From Phaeosaccion multiseriatum (Eukaryota; Protista; Ochrophyta, other classes): a stretch of DNA of 64,000 nt. Location of the stretch: positions 2,356,001 through 2,420,000 of the forward strand of contig OZ218951.1 of the NCBI GenBank assembly GCA_965112735.1, written 5' to 3'. The notes under the pieces are model-generated. The model did not search any database and had not been told where the DNA came from. It saw only the letters and a program-made list of their open reading frames with translations. The translations under genes and the position numbers were made by a program. Below are positions 61,251-64,000 of this stretch, in pieces; within the stretch, counting starts at the first letter, position 1; every line of letters begins with the position of its first letter.

Positions 61251-61788
61251 GCAGGTGCAGCAACCCCAGCCCCAGTCTCACGTCAAGTTTCATCCCGATC
61301 CTGTGCGCCCCCCCCGCAGCAACACCACAAGCGAGGCGAGCAGCGGCAGCGGCAGCGGGCGAGGGGACGATGACTATATGCCGGACGAGGACGTGGATCA
61401 CCACGCAGCAGTTGGTCGTAGAGCAGCAGCAGTTGGCGGTACCGCAGGAGCAGCAGCATCAGCAGCAGCACCACCACCACCACCAGCAGCAGCAGCAGTA
61501 GCATTTGGTGATGTAGCAGCAGTAGCCGCACGAGGACGAGGAGAATGGGGAGGAGGCGGGCGAGGGCGCACGGGAGGGATGGGCGAAGCGGACAAGAGGA
61601 ACGAAGGCCAGGGCCGAGAAGGTTTCACCCCCAGAGTCATCCCGGGCGTGCGCAGACCATCCCGGGGGGTGCCTCGACCCCCCGGGGGAGGGATACAGGA
61701 CCCGGACGTAGATTGGGACTTTCTGTGTGGGTTGGACGCCGCTCTCAGCAGCGAAAGCGACGGAGTGCGGCGGATACACCCCTACTGA
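59428..61788 (+). CDS. Gln-rich low-complexity hypothetical protein (single exon, ~786 aa)
   Basis: A 2.36-kb uninterrupted ORF whose CAG/GGA/GCA codon runs match those of neighbouring genes. No domain recognised. Confidence 0.65.
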
Positions 61789-63262
61789 CTTATTACACCC
61801 CTACTGACTTATTAGGTCATGTGTATCGGACTTTGGTGACTTGTTGGCGCCTCCAAGCGGTGGGGATAGGCGGCGGAAGGAAGCACAGCGGTGTCGGGAA
61901 AGCGGGGCAAGCAAAAGGTTGTGGGGGCAATGTGCACGGGGCGTAACGGTGTTTCAGCACAGTGAGGGCAGAGAGAGAGAGAGGGGCGTAGAGGCGCGAT
62001 ATGTGAGGGAGGCACATGAGGGGGGAAGGAAGGGACGGAGCGGAGGCGGGCCAAGTGGTCCGAGGAGAGCAAGAGAAGCAAAAGTGAGGGAACACAGAGG
62101 AGAAGCACAACGGCGGAACACAGCGGAGAAGCACAACGCCTTCGGTTTCTGATTGGCAGGGCGGCGTGGCGCGGATCGGGTTTGGGTCGGGTCGCGTGCC
62201 CTGCAACCCAACCCGCAACACTTGGCCCCTTCGTTCCTCCGCATTTGGCGGGGGAGGCAGAGGAGATGAAGGTCGGCACGGGAGGGAGGGAGGGAGGGAG
62301 GGCGGGTGACGCATGTTGAGGAGGCGCGGCTCTCCTCATGGCACCGCACAGGCACAGCCGTGTTGTTCTTGTTCTTGTTGCATGGAGGCCTCCTCTGCGG
62401 CGTGTTACTCAGAGCTTTTTTGGTCGTTTCATTACGGTAACCGTCAGGCACAGAGGAAGGAAGGAAGGGAGGGAGGGAGGGAGGGAGGGAGGAAGGAAGG
62501 CCTGAACACCGGGGGCGGGGGTGGCGTGATATGCGGAGTACCCACTCCGTTTCTTGCGCACATCTGTTTGGGTGTCCGATCATCCACCCAAACAGGAGGG
62601 GCAGGACAAGATGCACAGCAACTGTAACTCCCAGAGCAGCTCCTACAGGACTATACGGAGACATGTTAATTGTTCAGCAAGAGAAGAGGTAAGGGGAGAA
62701 GAGGGGGAGGTGGTGGAGGGTGAGCAGTATGACAACAGAGGAAGGCGAGATGAGAAGCGTCCGAACCATTTTTTGGCACAGACAGATGCAGATTCGATCG
62801 CCTACTCACAGAATAATAAGCAAGCCCTCCCGGTGGCGCTTCTGTAGGGCTGTGGCACATCACACGAACCACCACACACACACACACACCACATGCATTG
62901 TATTTGTTTCAGTTGAGCATCAGACGAGTGCAGAGCCATTAGTTCGAGGCACACAAAGATGAAGGAAGGAAGAATTATTATTCTTTTTGTAGTCATGTTT
63001 ATATTAGAAGGGGGGGAGGGGTGGTGGTGGTGGTGGTGGAGGAGGAGGAGGGGAAGCCAAGTGTATTTTGAGGATGGCAAGCGGGCTACAACTTCAGTTT
63101 GATTAATTCACTAATTATTATTATATGAAACGTGATTGCAGAAGGACTGTGGTGTACTTTGCCACTTTGCCAAATAAGTAACATAAGTACGAAGGGTCCC
63201 CCCCCCCCCCCAACATACACACACGTGCTCACACACGAGCCCACACACACTCCCACTCCCTC

Positions 63263-63691
63263 TCAGTGCGCGGAGCCTAGGAAGGATTGCCCTCCCTGCT
63301 TCTCTGCCCGCTGCCTCTGCTTCTGCTTCTGGTAATCCTCGTACTCCTCCTGCTGCTGCTTCTTCTGTCGCTGCTCCTGCTTTGCCAATCTCTTTCGCTT
63401 CATTTGCAGCACGATATCGTCCTTCTCCTGAAAGAGCACACCGTCGGGAAGCGTGGGGAGACGGTCTTGTGTCACCGCCGCTGCAAACTTCCTACAGTGA
63501 AGATAGCCCGTCTCTGCCTCATCCATCTCTTGCTTCATCTGAACAAAGTCTTGGTCCGTCAAGGGCTCGCCCTGGTTGCTCAGGAAGCGTTTGAGCTCGT
63601 CCAGAGGAAGCAACTCGCCATCTCCATCGCCTTTGATGATGCCTAGTGCAGCGTATACGTCCTTAAACTCGCTAAAGCTCACGAAGCGACT
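63263..63691 (-). CDS. Last exon of an EF-hand/calmodulin-like protein (gene continues beyond the window)
   Basis: EFKDVYAAL..DGDGELLPLDELKRFLSNQGEPLTDQDFVQMKQEMDEAETGYLHCRKFAAAV. The acceptor CCCAG lies at 63692, preceded by a long pyrimidine tract. Confidence 0.75.
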   Translation of the reverse strand, partial: SRFVSFSEFKDVYAALGIIKGDGDGELLPLDELKRFLSNQGEPLTDQDFVQMKQEMDEAETGYLHCRKFAAAVTQDRLPTLPDGVLFQEKDDIVLQMKRKRLAKQEQRQKKQQQEEYEDYQKQKQRQRAEKQGGQSFLGSAH

Positions 63692-64000
63692 CTGGGAGGG
63701 AGGGGAGGGGAGGGGGAAGATAGGGGAGGAGAGGAGGAAGAGAGGGACGTACGGACGGAGAGAGGGAGGTAGAGTGGGAGAAGAAAGGATGGACGGAAGG
63801 AAGGAAGGACAGAGGAAAGGAAGGAAGGAAGGAAGGAGGCAAGCAAGCAAGCAAGGAGGAAGGAAGGAAGGAAGGAAGGAGGGAAGGAAGGAAGGAAGGA
63901 AGGAAGCAAGAGCTATCAGTCACTCAGGCACTCACTCTCTCACTCACTCGCTCACTCACCCACTCACTCACTCACCCACCCACTCACTCACTCACTCACT

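Noticed and set aside
61812-63260. Short ORFs between the Gln-rich and EF-hand genes
   Set aside because: No recognisable motifs or consistent splice structure; probably UTR or intergenic sequence.
1-64000. Alternative genetic code, RNA genes or a functional gene cluster
   Set aside because: TAA, TAG and TGA all terminate conserved proteins, no tRNA, rRNA or snRNA signature was seen by eye, and neighbouring genes are functionally unrelated.

Overview
Gene-dense, GC-rich, microsatellite-saturated eukaryotic nuclear DNA with short spliceosomal introns. The source is most likely a secondary-plastid stramenopile (ochrophyte) alga. This is inferred from two proteins with a signal peptide followed by Phe, a cyanobacterial-type YlmH/Sll1252 gene and the cilium-associated gene CCDC112. 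I reconstructed 15 protein-coding genes by eye, checking splice phase at each junction: SWI3/SMARCC, a USP-like + Ulp1 fusion, METTL6-like, ABCD transporter, 4xC2H2 factor, PPR, ankyrin, Mpv17/PMP22, EEP, coiled-coil+PH, C2H2/AT-hook orphan, YlmH, CCDC112, Gln-rich orphan and a partial EF-hand gene. I saw no rRNA, tRNA, CRISPR array or transposase. Four observations stand out. (1) One spliced ORF joins a catalytically degenerate USP/C19-like domain to an intact Ulp1/C48 protease. (2) Introns are polar, with G-rich 5' halves and complementary C-rich 3' halves, and many acceptors are CA-rich with no polypyrimidine tract, which suggests structure-assisted splicing. (3) Exon-end plus donor-site sequence is copied into introns, including a 6 x ~68 bp array. 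(4) A 123-unit 9-mer minisatellite has mostly two unit variants. All family assignments come from motif recognition; no database searches were run.
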